Made by a program: the position numbers and the translations under genes | The notes under the pieces: generated by a model | The model's database searches: none | What the model was told of the DNA's origin: nothing | Seen by the model: the letters and a program-made list of their open reading frames with translations, nothing else | In this document: in pieces, positions 1 through 12,109 of the stretch | Position numbering within the stretch: position 1 is the first letter of the stretch | Layout: every line of letters begins with the position of its first letter | Source of the DNA: Chiloscyllium plagiosum | Lineage: Eukaryota | Direction: 5' to 3' | Length of the DNA stretch: 64,000 nucleotides | Assembly: GCF_004010195.1 (NCBI RefSeq) | Contig: NC_057718.1 | Location: 74,655,403-74,719,402, forward strand

Positions 1-1725
1 CAAGGAAACAAACAAACATTGGAGTTTGAGTCTATCCAAAAAAAACCCAAGGCATTTCTTACTTGAGCACTATATTTATTTACATGCATTTGAGCTATGG
101 AGTTGGGGGTTCTGATAATTGAACAGACCTTCATTTAACTTCAACAGGAAGACCTAAGACACTGGTCTTACCCCGCTGTGCCTTCGGGGCAGCTGCCTAA
201 GCTTTAATGCATCCCTCAGGGCATAGTCCTGGACCTTGAAACGTGCCAGTCTGCAAAACTTGGTTGAGATCAACTCCCTGTTCTGGAAGACCAACAAGTT
301 TCGGGCAGATCAAAGAAAGAGTGTCTTTCACTGTGTTGATGGACTTCCAAGCGCAACCGATGTTTGTCTCAGTGTGCGTTCCCCTGGGAATAGACTGTAC
401 AGCACAGAGTTCTAGGTCTGGGATCTGCTTGGGAGGAACCTTGTCAAAAAACACTGCACCTTTCTCCAAACTTCCTTTGCAAAAGTACCTTCTAGAAGAC
501 ACTGTGCTTCAAGGGCAACATGCTGTGGCGCAGAGAAGATTGAGGAAAAGAAGATTGAGGAAAAGGAGATTGTGGGGGGATCTGTTTGAGGTCTACAAAA
601 TCATGAAGGGTATAGACAGGGTAGAATAGTGATAAGCTTTTTCCCAGGGTGAGGTATTCAATAATGAGAGGTCACGCATTCGAGGTGAGCGGTACAAAGT
701 TTAAGGGGGATATACTTTACACAGAGGGTGGGTAGGTGCCTGGAACGCATTGCCAGCAGAGGTAGTAGAAGCAGGCACGGTAGATTCACTCAAGGTGCAT
801 CTGGACAGATGTATGAGTAGGTGGGGAGCAGAGGGATACAGATGCTTAGGAATTGGGCAATACATTTAGACAGTGGATTTGGATTGGCTCAGGCTTGGAG
901 GGCCGAAAGGCTTGTTCCTGGGCTGTAAATCTTCTTTGTTCTAGACCCACCAGCTGTACAAGAAGGATCTCACAGGTAGTGCCCTTCTCACCACCAACCA
1001 AGTGATGTCTTGGTGCTTATTGTAAAGTTCTGGTGATGCGGCACTCTGCCAAATGACTTTGACAGTCTGCTCAGGGAAACATGCGATTGGATCGACTTTC
1101 TCTTTTTCCCACAGGGTCTTCAGGATGCTATGTGCTGATCACTTCTTGATGGACTTGTGATCAAAGGTGATTTTCTTCGCAAATTTCTCCACAAAGGACA
1201 GGTGATACGGAACAGTCCAACTACTTGAAGTGTTGCATGGCAACAAGGCCAGTCCCATTCTTCGCAACACCAGGGACAGGTAGAACCTCCGTAAAGTGAC
1301 ACTTGGTGTTTGCGTACTGAGTGTCGACATATAGCTTAATGCAGCCGCACACAAAGATGGCCATCAGGACAAGGGCGAATTGGGTACATTCCTTCCCCCC
1401 CAACCTTATCCAGAATTCTGTACATGGTGTCCCTGTTGATGCAGTCCATCTTAGACCTCCAGCTGAAGTGGAAGATGGCTTGGGTGACTGCAACAGCGCA
1501 GTTTCAGGGAATGAGCCATGCACAACAACAGAGAGAGTGCCTTACATCTGGTGGCCAGGTTTTTACCCTCAATGGAGAAGGAACGGTGTTCCCAAAAGAC
1601 CAGTTTCTGCCTCACCTTGGCAATGTGTTCCTTCCAAGATTTTGTGCATGCCCAGCCCCTCCAAACCATATTCAGGTAATCTGTCCTGATAGTGAAGAGG
1701 ATAAACGATTGATCGGCGTTTCACC
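1..1725 (-). mobile_element. Tx1/L1-clade non-LTR retrotransposon, degenerate 3' part of ORF2 plus 3' UTR, interrupted by a CR1 at 534-942
   Basis: Minus-strand frames give KVRQKLVFWEHRSFSIEGKNL, LVLMAIFVCGCIKL, NKHQDITWLVVRRALPVRSFL, HTETNIGCAW and CRLARFKVQDYALRDALKL, typical of the post-RT and C-terminal region of Tx1-like ORF2. Many frameshifts. Confidence 0.75.
534..942 (+). mobile_element. CR1 LINE 3' end inserted into the Tx1-like element
   Basis: RRLWGDLFEVYKIMKGIDRV (CR1 ORF2 C-terminus) followed by the CR1 3' UTR (gggccgaaaggcttgttcctgggctgta) and a tct/tgttct tail; Tx1 sequence resumes on both sides. Confidence 0.9.
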
Positions 1726-2179
1726 CTTCTGTTGACTTAATGTTGAGCAAGGTCCTTGAAGAGTTTAACCTCTGTCAACCTCATTAAACTGCTGCTTCTC
1801 TTTCACAGTATGGTTATTGAATGAAGCTGTCCCTAAAATTGCCACAATGCTGGCCCAGTTGGCGATATCCACATCCAAAAAAGTGAATAATAAAAATACC
1901 TTGAAGAATTCATTGTATTGACCATTTGCTTTGTAGAAAATGAGGGTGCACCTTAATGGTGACACAACTAATAGGCTGGTAACTTTATTTTCTGATGCCA
2001 CCTGATTAATGCCCATGCACGAAGGAACTGTAAAGCGTAATGGGTGTGAGATAAGAGTTGAATCAAGTTGGCATAGGGGCTAAAAATGACCATGAGTTGA
2101 CTGGGCCATCTGAGGTATGAGGCCATGGGAGATGGGCATAGGGTGGCAGAGGATTATGAGGAGCCATGGGGATAGGTAT

Positions 2180-2950
2180 AAATCTGTAAGAATAAAGAAA
2201 ACTTGATACATTTGTACAAGGCTCAGGTGAGACCACATATGGAATACTGTACACTGTTTTGGTCTCCATTTTGGCCTCCGTATTTAGGGAAATACATACT
2301 TACATTGTGATACAGCAAAGATTCTCTTTCCCTTGGTTGAGAGGACTTAGGCTCAGTAAATTAGTGGGCGGCACGGTGGCACAGTGGTTAGCACTGCTGC
2401 CTCACAGCGCCAGAGACCCGGGTTCAATTCCCGCCTGAGGCGACTGACTGTGTGGAGTTTGCATGTTCTCCCCGTGTCTGCATGGGTTTCCTCCGGGTGC
2501 TCCGGTTTCCTCCCACAGTCCAAAGATGTGCAGGTCAGGTGAAATCTAATCTAATCTAATCTAAATTGAATCTACATTCTACAGTGTAAAGAAAAATTAG
2601 AGATGTCTAATTGGAATGTACAAACTTCTGAAAGGGCTTGAATGAGTAGACACTAACAGTTTGCTTCCACTTGCTGGCAAGTTTACTACATAGGATATGG
2701 GCCATTATTTAGGATTGCGAAAAGGAGAAATTTATTTACTTCAAAGGTTGTGAATTCTTAGTTTTTTTCTCTCAAAGGGCAATTCCATCATTAAACTAAT
2801 TATTTGTCTGAGATAGACAATTTTTTGTATCACAGAGAATCTAGAGAGTGGATAGAAAAGTGAAGTTGAAGCTAAAGGTCAGCCGTAATAATATTGAATG
2901 GTGAAACAGGCTCAATGGGCCATACGGTTTACTCCTCCTATTTCTTATGT
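2180..2950 (+). mobile_element. Old degenerate CR1 LINE 3' fragment
   Basis: Decayed LYKALVRPHLEYC-like coding (tacaaggctcaggtgagaccacatatggaatactgt) and CR1-type 3' UTR ending ctcctcctatttcttatgtt. Confidence 0.7.
2364..2564 (+). mobile_element. HE1-type tRNA-derived V-SINE, internally deleted
   Basis: A box tggcacagtgg, B box ggttcaattcc, V domain (gtggagtttgca...gggtttcctccgggtgctccggtttcctcccaca), then directly an (atcta)n tail. Confidence 0.9.
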
Positions 2951-3019
2951 TAATGTCAAGCTAATGAGAATCGGGGTGAAAACTCAACATTATGCTGGGA
3001 CTATATCAGTAAAAAGGAA

Positions 3020-3835
3020 GATGGTTGTGGCTACTGGATGCCAATCAAATTGCCTCAGGAGTTCTTTAGGATAGTGTCCTATGCCCAATCATTTTTAGCT
3101 ACTTCATTAATGACCTTGCCTCCAATAGAAAGTCTGAAATGGGAATGTTTACTGGTGTTTACATTGTTCAGCTCAATTTGCAAATCTGGACAACATACAG
3201 GCTTGGACTGACAAATAGCAAGTAACATTCATGCAACACAAGTGCCAAGAAATGAACACTTCCAACAAGAGAGAACCAAACTATTTCTCCATGACACTGA
3301 ACAACATTACAATTCCTGAATCCCTTATCATCAATATTCTGAAGGCTTACCATTGACCAGAAAAGCACAAGTCAGGAGTGGGATGAAATACTATTCGCTT
3401 TGTTAGATGTGCACATCTCCAATGTCAACAGCGTCTTGGTTAAATAAGTAGGCTTTATCATCAATCTATCCATCACTTCAAACATTCACTCCCTCCACCA
3501 CCTGCATAGTAGTAGAGTGTGCATCATAGAAAAGGTGCACTGCAGCAAATCGTTAAGTCACCTTTGACAGCACCTTCCAAACTCTCAAATTCCAGAAGGA
3601 AAAGGGCAGCATGCATTTGGATACACAATCAACTGCAAGTTCTCCTATAAGTCCTTCACCATTTGACTTGAATCTATTGTGACATTCCTTCAGAAACACA
3701 GACTCTCTTCCTAACAGTACTGTGGGTTTACCTACACCAGACAGAACTGTAGTGATTAAAGGTGGCAGCTCATTGTCACCATTAAGGACCATGAGGGATG
3801 GGCAACACATTTTTATCCCATGAAAAACAAATAAA
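3020..3835 (+). mobile_element. Degenerate CR1-group LINE of a second family (RT end and 3' UTR)
   Basis: Decayed PQGSVL.P..F..FINDL-like RT coding at about 3050-3120; 3' part ends in catgaaaaacaaataaaaa. Confidence 0.6.
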
Positions 3836-3849
3836 AATAGTCATGCCAG

Positions 3850-4530
3850 TGTGTTTATGTTCCACATGAGCCTTCTTCCAGTTTCCTTTACGTTTCTAAA
3901 TCTAGCAACGTAATTCTGTACAATCTTCTTGCTTAAATGTTTGCCTATATTCCCTTTAAATGCTTATATACCATTTGCTTCAACCACTCCCTATTGTAGT
4001 GAATTCCACATTCTCTTTGGATTTCTTGGTGACTATTTCACATTGGTGATAGCTATATTCTTTCCGCAAGTGGAATCATTCTTTCTGTGTCCATGATACC
4101 AAAACGTTTTGCAATTTTAAAGAATTCGATTACATCAACACCCATCGTTTCTTAATATGTATACTTTCACATTTCTGGCATCATCCTTGTCAACATTCTC
4201 TGCAACATTCCTTGTGCTTCTCTATCCTCTTTATAATGTGGTGACTAGAACGACACATGGTACTCTTCAACTTGGCTAAACAAAATTTGGTACAACTTTA
4301 GCATAACTTCTCTACTTTCCAATTTTGTACCAGTAGAAATAAACCACAGTATTTGGTTTGCTTTTTTAAAAGGTCTTACTAACTTGTGAGAGACAACCTT
4401 CAGTGATTGACATGTTTGTACTCCAAAAATCATTTTGTTTTTCTAACCCCAGCTAGCCTTGCATTTTCCAAGTAAGGTGATCTCTCTATTCTTCCTAGCA
4501 AACCTAATCACTTCACATTTATCTGCATTT
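3850..4530 (-). mobile_element. Degenerate CR1 LINE fragment
   Basis: Minus frame KKANQILWFISTGTKLESREVMLKLYQIL resembles CR1 KKAN.MLGFI.RG.EYKSREVML.LY..L. Confidence 0.7.
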
Positions 4531-6828
4531 GATTTTACCTTACCAATTTTGAAATGTGCCAATCATTGCAATGGAATTACAAAAATAAACCAGTTTAACA
4601 GTTCTGTCTCAGTAAGTCTGATACTACTTCAGCTGATTGAAAATAACGAAGAACAAAATTAGTCAGAAACCATATTTCACAGATGTTGAAATAGGTGCTC
4701 TTATTCTAACATATTTAATACACCGTATCTTTTCTTCCATCTGCTTATGTTTCCTTTTATAACATTTTTGAGTCATTTCATTCATTACAAATTCATATGG
4801 CCACATTAACAACTGTAACTGCTGATGCAAGCTCATCTTGTAAATGTAATATTTGCCAATAGTGAGTTTACATTTCCCTAAAAATCATGCAAAATAAGTT
4901 TCTGAATTTTTTTTTAGTTTTTCAAGAACTGAAATACATAATCTTCCAAAACAAAGCTTTCAAGAAAAGAAGTTGTTTTACAAATAAATGATTAGTATTA
5001 GTCATTCAGTTTTCTCTTGAATGTAATTTCTCATTTAATTTCTTTCCTTGGAAATTTCAGCCACTCTTCAAATCCTGAGCATTTATTACTGTTTTTCTCA
5101 GACTGATGACTCTGAGGTAAATGGAGACAGTGTAGTCTGTATGTGCAGTACATCCAATTTCATTGATGCTGTTTAGTAGATGACCTGTTGGAGTAGATTG
5201 CTTTTAGAAGTTCCTGCTGGTTGTTTACCAAAATTATTTAAAGAAAAATAAGGTATCAGATTCTGAAAACTTTATTCCTTTGAAGTTAATACTGAGTCTG
5301 TTTATTCAAGAATAGTTAGGAGTAATTTTTAAAGAGAAATAATCAGTACATGTATTCGGTGTCGGAAGGAGAAACAAAAAAAAGTGCTAAACTCCTTCCG
5401 TCTATGCTCAGCTCAATTTGCAAATCAATTAGAATATAATTTACAGACTATAACTGCTTCACTTTGCTGAACGTAGAGACTTGTCTTCCCAAAGTGCAAC
5501 ATAGATTTAAGCCAAGAGACTGCATAGCAGCCACCAAAGTTCTAACAAAATTGCAGAAGTTGTTGCATTTACACTAGTGGAGGTTTTGACCGCAGCATCT
5601 CAATAGACTGATTTAGCTACTGATATCCTTCGAGATTACATGACATATTCTACAAATACACACCTACACAAATGCATGCCATGGCACTTAAATCCTTGGT
5701 AGGTCTTCCAATACCTCATATGACTACTTCAGTAAATCAAGTATCTTTCTCCTCAACCTTGTGGTTTGCATTTCTGTTACCCTTCTCAGAAAAGAAAAAA
5801 GGACTTGCCCTGTAGTGAGCTCTCTCCTGCCACTTGTACCGGTTGTTGTTTATTAGTACTGGTTTTTCTCTAGTCTAGGTCACTTCCGAATCCGACTCGG
5901 ATTCAATTATCTGTGCTGCCACTTAATAGATCTAACTGTGTGACAGTGCTGCTCATAAAGGTTTTCCTTGTGTGGGTTATCTTCTTAGGACAGACTGTGA
6001 GTGTTTGGGTGGATTGGGAGGAAAGTGGGAAAAAAAGGCATGCTTCAGGAGGCTGGACAGAAGCAGGTGACAGGCTTTAGAATGCAATTTCATGTCGTCA
6101 AACTGTCGGGGAGATTTTTAGTGGTCCATTAAGAGGTGTAAGTAGTAGTCAGAGGATTTGTTCCAGCTTAAAATCTTGTATCTGATAGATATATTTTGTC
6201 CTCTGGAGAGACACAGAGAGATGGAGAGAAATGAAAAAGATTACTTTTCCTTGGATACAGGAGAGTGCGGAGGTGTGGGGATGGTCTTAACCTGAAAATT
6301 GGAATGTGCAATGTAATCAAGTAAAATTCATAAGAAAAGGTGGCTATTGTACAAATGCTAGCAAACAAAAAGACACTTGTCCTAGTGGATATTGGGTTGA
6401 GAACAAAGATAAGATGAGTCTCTTACATATTGGCTGAAGTGAATATGCATTTACAAAGAGAAATATTGCTGAAAGATGTATTAGAGGAAATGGAATTCTG
6501 GTAGAGAAGAAGGCAGATTTTACAAAGTATTGTTCAATGGAAAAATGAAGAGATGCACATGCCCTTGCTACTTGCGAGAAATCACTGAAGCAATTCCTGC
6601 ACTGAATATAGATCCTGGGGATGATGGCCTTGGACCCACTAATTTGTCAATACTTCTCCATGTCTGATAGGTTTGGTTTTTCTGGAGTCACATGTCACTG
6701 ACTGAAAAGATTATTTTATTCTTTATGCTGACTTTTTAAAGCAATACCTCAAGAGGTCGGAGAGAACCTGAAGTGGGTGGGGGGGTATGTCTGCGACTAA
6801 TTTATATGAAATGTACTTTTCCAACAAT

Positions 6829-7150
6829 GTGGGCAGCACAGTGGCACAGTGGTTAGCACTGCTGCCTCACAACGCCAGAGACCCGGGTTCAATTCCCGCC
6901 TTGGGCAACTGTCTGTGTGGAGCTTGCACATTCTCCCAGTGTCTGCGTGCGTTTTCTCCGGGTGCTCCGGTTTCATCCCACAGTACAAAGATGTGCAGGT
7001 TAGGTGAATTGGCCATGCTAAATTGCCCGTAGTGTTAGGTGAAGGGGTAAATGTAGGGGAATGGGTCTGGGTGGGTTGTGCTTCGGAGGGTCAGTGTGGA
7101 CTTGTTGGGCCGAAGGGCCTGTTTCCACACTTTAAGTAATCTAAAAAAAA
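6829..7150 (+). mobile_element. HE1-type V-SINE, full length
   Basis: A/B boxes, V domain, CR1-derived 3' end (gggccgaagggcctgtttccacact) and A tail. Confidence 0.92.
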
Positions 7151-7495
7151 TGCAATATCCTACAGAAAGTGGTGAATTTGTGCTCTGTACAGATCAGGTC
7201 TGCCAGGTAGTAGAGTGGGCTTTCGGTGTGTCAATTTATTGGTTCTGAAAATTTTCTGTGAGCTTTTGGTGCAAGATGTGAGTTAAATACCCTGGACCTA
7301 TTTTCTAGGGATGTGCTACCTAACCTTCTAAAATGTACTGGGGTTAAAATTGTGCAGGCACGTTACATTTTGGCCCTCAGACAAATTACTGAATGCATGG
7401 GAACCTTAATGGTTTAATATATACAGCACCTTAATTCAAAAACAAGTAGATAGTTTTGATCTGAGTGCCAGATTGCTTACAATGGCAATGTATTA

Positions 7496-7669
7496 CAGAA
7501 GAACCTTGATTATCCAAATAATATGGGCAGGGAGTATTCCGTTCGGTTAATCAGATTTCGGATCATCAAATGCTAGATAACGTAGTTTAGCCAAGTATCA
7601 GGACCTTGTGATCTTGCCGGATAATCTGAAATTCGGATAATTGAATGCCAGATAATCAAGGTACCTCTG
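7496..7669. mobile_element. Tc1/mariner-pogo (Tigger-like) MITE
   Basis: TIRs cagaagaaccttgattatc / gataatcaaggtacctctg (17 of 19 complementary), preceded by TA and followed by CA (decayed TA); internal ggataat sub-repeats. Confidence 0.75.
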
Positions 7670-8364
7670 CATAAAGTTCATTAACCAGAGAAATGTAGTT
7701 TCAGTACCTGTCGTATCTGCCAGAGATAATCTACAAAGCGATTAATTCCTGAGAGAAGATTGGCAAACACTTGATTGCTGAATGATGGGCATTGTCCAAG
7801 TACGATGAGAAGGTCAGCCAATAACTCCTGCTTCAGAAACTAAGCAGATAAACAAATTAAACACTTGAATGATGGTCATCTGATGTGAAATGGACAAGAG
7901 AAGAACATCAACATTAAACAAAATTGAGAAATTAACAGGAATAATTGAATATATTGATTGTTATTTCTACACTTGACGGAAAAGCAATCATTTATTGTCT
8001 CAGGAACTCACTGGCACATTGGTCGGTATTTTGTGGTATCTGGAGAGAAAGAGAAGATCCTTCCGCTCCAGTTCATGCAGCAATTCATGCCAGCTGGCTA
8101 AATAACAGCCAGCAGGTAGACTTTGAGACAACATCAGCATCCATGATGTGGAAGAAATGTTGGTGCCATGTTTTAAAGCCCATCAACCTCTAAGCCCTAA
8201 ACATCCTTTGCATTAGCAATATTTCCAGCAACTATCCAGAAGTCCATTCAGGCCATGATCAGAGCACCTAATCTCCTCCATTAAAAGAGGAGTAGTATAA
8301 AATTGACACCTTTAGTAGCTAATTTTGACTGCACTCTGTGATAACAAAAAACACAAGTTCAATT

Positions 8365-8915
8365 ACACTCACGCAATCACAGAATGGTTACAGCAAGGAG
8401 GTCATTAGGTTCATCATGTCCACACCAACTTTTCATTGGATCACTTTACCTACATTCACATCTTTGCCTTCTCCTACAGTCCTTCACATCCTTTGTTTTC
8501 AGCTAACAGTCCAAATTCCTCTTGACTGCTTAATTGAACCTGTCTGTATCATACTGTCAGGTAGAACATTCAAGATTCTATCCACTTGCTGCATGAAGAA
8601 AGATTATCTCCATGTCTTTATTGCTTCTTTTGCCAATGACTTTAAATCTGTGGCCCTTGTCCTTCCACCAATGAGAAAACTTTATCTATGAAAACAAATC
8701 ATAGATGTGTCTATGGTTTTCAGATCTATCAAATATCTGTTCAATATTATCTTTTCCAAAGTAAACAGTCCCAATTTTTCCAATCTATCCATGTAACTGG
8801 GATGATTTTTCCTAAATTGGATTGAACACAATACTCAGCTGATGCTGAATCAGTGTTCTATATAGGATTAATGTAACCTCCTTACTTGATACTTATTGTC
8901 CTCATTAATAAGATT
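8365..8915 (-). mobile_element. Very degenerate CR1 3' fragment
   Basis: Antisense CR1-like 3' UTR and ORF2-end phrases (caaggaggtcattagg..., ctatccacttgctgcatgaagaaa, gaacacaatactcagctg). Confidence 0.55.
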
Positions 8916-9539
8916 AGAGACTCCTGCAGAACCAAGTCCATCAGACCAATCAGTAGATGCTAGCAATGCATGCAGGCTTACAGGCAATGGACATTGCACT
9001 AATGGCAATAGTGGAAATAAAAAAAAAGAGTAAATGAGCCATCTGGAATTTCCACCAGGTCTTCATATAGGGATATAAAAGCATGTTTTACAAGGAAAGA
9101 GGAACAACTGTTCTGGAGCTCCTCTGGTGTGGTTCGACTGTGGACAGTGGCTCCTCAATAACAGAGCAAGATCCTGCGTGGGTGAAGAACACCCTCAGCA
9201 TGACAGAGACCTCCAAACCTCAGTAAACCAGAGATAGAAGCTCTGATCATGCCATTGAAATTTAAGGCAATGGTGACCTTGATGGAAAATGAAACTGGAA
9301 GACAACCAATGTAACCATCAGCCTACCTCCATCAGAGCTGACAATCAAGGAGATCACCAAGTGGGAACAGTTATAAAATAATTATAAACCTGAGGTAATT
9401 AAGATTAAAACTAAGACAGATAATTAAGAAAAATAATTAGTTATATGCTTAATTATGTTTTCCTAATGTTTTTCTGTTTGCTCCAGATGATGTTTCTAAT
9501 AAAGGTCTAATGCAATCATTCATCCATTTCTGGTGTTTA

Positions 9540-10090
9540 TCTGGTAATGTTAAGAATGTCATGCACCAACCTAAGGGTTATCAGGTGATGCAGTTCAGGA
9601 GAGTACTGTTTGTCATCAATTTCCTTATCTTTATTCTTAGAGGATGTCTTGTGCTCTCCTAGGTCTCCACTGTGAAGGTGAAAAGCTGTGGGACCTAAGA
9701 GTCCCAGAGAATGTAGATGCTGTAACTGCTCTCAGGTTAATGTCGATAGTGGTCACAGAAGAAGGACATTGAAGGAAAGATATCCTTTAGATTAATGAAA
9801 GCCACTATTGAAGTATTAGAGACTTGATGTCACATGCATCATGCTTGAGGCCATGCACATGGGAGAATTCAGTGATGGTGCTGAATCCTACTGAATCTTT
9901 CAGCCTAACTGCCTATATCAGTTTGGTATTGTATATACTGGCTGGCCCTTCTGAAGACAGCATCGGTCACCAGCTTGATGCAGTGATGTCCAACTGACTG
10001 ACAAAAGCCATTCATGTCATGTGTGGGCTTCTATGAAATGAATCTGAGGCACAGAAAATTAGGAATCTGGTGACTTTGAGCACCTGCATT
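9540..10090 (-). pseudogene. PIF/Harbinger (HARBI1-like DDE) transposase remnant
   Basis: Minus-strand pieces in the expected order: VLKVTRFLIFCASDSF, GFCQSVGHHCIKLVTDAVFRRASQYI, AFINLKGYLSFNV, PESSYSIYILWDS*VPQLF. These correspond to the Harbinger motifs F.ASGSFQ, GISQS..H.CI..VTDA, FINRKG.HSLNV and PGS.HD.YIL..S.VP.LF. Confidence 0.75.
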
Positions 10091-11274
10091 GGATATCCAA
10101 CAACATAGAAAAGTCATCTCCTCTGCCATTATTGCACATAGATTAGTCACGCCTCTCAGAAGAGGCCAGTCTTTAGTGACACTACTGCTTTAACATTTGC
10201 AGGTATTTTATCTTTCAGCTTTATACCCTGGTCACAGAGTACCAACGTCTCTGTTTTTGGTCTTCTCCACAGCTTTATGCCATTTTTCCCTCATGAGCTT
10301 GCAGTTAACCTGATTTCTCTATCCCCACTTTCATGCTCTCCTGAGGCTGGAGGACCCTTCCTGAGAATGAATGATCACTTGCTATGGTCTTTTAAGCCAT
10401 ATTGCTGGTAGCTGCTGCAAGGCTGCCAACCCCTCACTATCTCAGGCCTTTTTCAGGTCAATATGAAGCCCATGGATTTGGTTCCTGTGCAAAATAATTA
10501 ATGCTTTCATACAGTCAAGGTCAGTGAATTCAAGGAGTTAAATTAGTTAAGATTTAAAGTTTCAGTCACATTGTCAGTAACAGCAAAGCCACCAAAGCAA
10601 GTGGGAACCACAAATGTGCAAAGAATGCCTATGAAACACAGGAAAACAGTAGATAATGTAAGATACCTAGACAGAGAAGTGAGGGAATTTTAGCTTGTGT
10701 GTTGTAATATTTTGTAAAAGGATTGTCGGTTTCTGCAACTTACAGAATGAGTTTTTTACTTCACAGTCATAAAACTAGTTATTTCTGAATATGCACAAAA
10801 TAAATAATCGTATTTCATTAGCCAGTCAAAACAGCTCACAAGTCACCAATCAGTTGTTCACTGAATAGCACTTCAAGAGTCCTTGACAGTCCAAGAGAGA
10901 AAACTGTAGAAGGTAACTCAATAGCGCTAAATGCTGCTGTTTAATCTGATAAACTGGTGCTCATTGGAGTAGGAGCTGCAATAGTTCTGAACTGTTGAAT
11001 TTCAGAAGAAACGCCAGTTGCTAGTCGGTTCAGCTGAGAGCTGGGCTCAGGGAAACATATGCAAAGTTTTTGCTTTGTGTAACTCAGGAAACTGAGGTTT
11101 GAAAAAAACACAGGGCAATGTTAGCTAACTTGAACTGTTTATCTTATGGAGCTTGGGTGCATCAAATTGGGCAGTCTTATCAGCAGAGATTGAGCAGCTG
11201 TGTGGTGAATGGTTGCTGAACTATTCTAAGTTAGAGATCTAATTCTGGACAATTACAGAACACTGAATGGCCTG

Positions 11275-11630
11275 TGAAGAATATATATGGAGATGTTTCC
11301 ACGAGTAGGAGAGACTAGGACCAGAAAGCACAGCCTCAGAGTGAAAGAACAGCCTCAGAGTGAAAGAACGACCCTTTAGAAGTGAGATGAGGAGGAATTT
11401 CTTCAGTTGCTGAATTTGTAGAACACATTGCCACAGAGCACTGTGGAGGCCAAGTCATGCAATGTATGTAAGACAGAGATGGACAGGTTCTTGATAAGTA
11501 CGAGGATCAAAAGTTCCAGGGAGAAAAGGAGGAGAATGGGGTTGAGATACATATTAATCATGATTGAGTGATGGAATAGACTCAGTGGGCCGAATGGCCT
11601 AATTTTGCTCCAATATCTTATGACCCATGA
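11275..11630 (+). mobile_element. CR1 LINE 3' end
   Basis: gagatgaggaggaatttcttcag and gggccgaatggcctaattttgctccaatatcttatg are CR1 ORF2 end and 3' UTR. Confidence 0.85.
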
Positions 11631-11719
11631 TCTCATTAGCTACAGGTCGCAGAAGATGCAGAATGGCATCCTTGGTGAGCAGAACTTATTATTGAGGAAA
11701 TTCTGTGATTAGATCTTTG

Positions 11720-11892
11720 TAATGCTAAATTGCCCATAGTGTTCTGGGATGTGTAGGTTAGGTGCAATAATCAGCAGTAAATATAGGATAATAGGGAATG
11801 GGAATGGGCCAGGGTGGGTTACTCTTCAAAGGATCGGTGTGGATTTGTTGGGCAGAAGGGCCTGTTTACACACTGTAGGGATTCTATGATTC
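11720..11892 (+). mobile_element. HE1-type SINE 3' half
   Basis: atgctaaattgcccatagtg through gggcctgtttacacactgtagggattctatgattc. Confidence 0.8.
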
Positions 11893-12109
11893 AACAAGTG
11901 AAGAACTGGAAATTCTTGAGAAGAAGACAAGGTTTAAATCAGATTTGGTGAACCACAGTGTCCTAACATCTGGGTGGGATGATAAGAAATCTATGGGACC
12001 TGTCTTGATTTCATATATTATTTGATGTACTCTGTAGTTGTTTCACCAGTTAACTTGTATTTCCCTCATAGTATTTCTACTTGTTTGAATATAAAGCAGT
12101 CATGTTAGA

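Noticed and set aside
1120-1523. ORFs briefly resembling a host helicase retrocopy (RRMGLA)
   Set aside because: Surrounding frames match Tx1-like ORF2 throughout; no helicase motifs.
5102-5116. Possible 15-nt microexon (tttttctcag/ACTGATGACTCTGAG/gtaaat)
   Set aside because: Such signals occur by chance, and no other exons of a host gene are identifiable in the window.
6829-6900. tRNA-like A and B boxes here and in other copies
   Set aside because: These are SINE heads followed by the V domain, not tRNA genes.
11330-11370. Short tandem duplications (also 20773-20816 in the Gypsy)
   Set aside because: Ordinary slippage duplications in dead elements.
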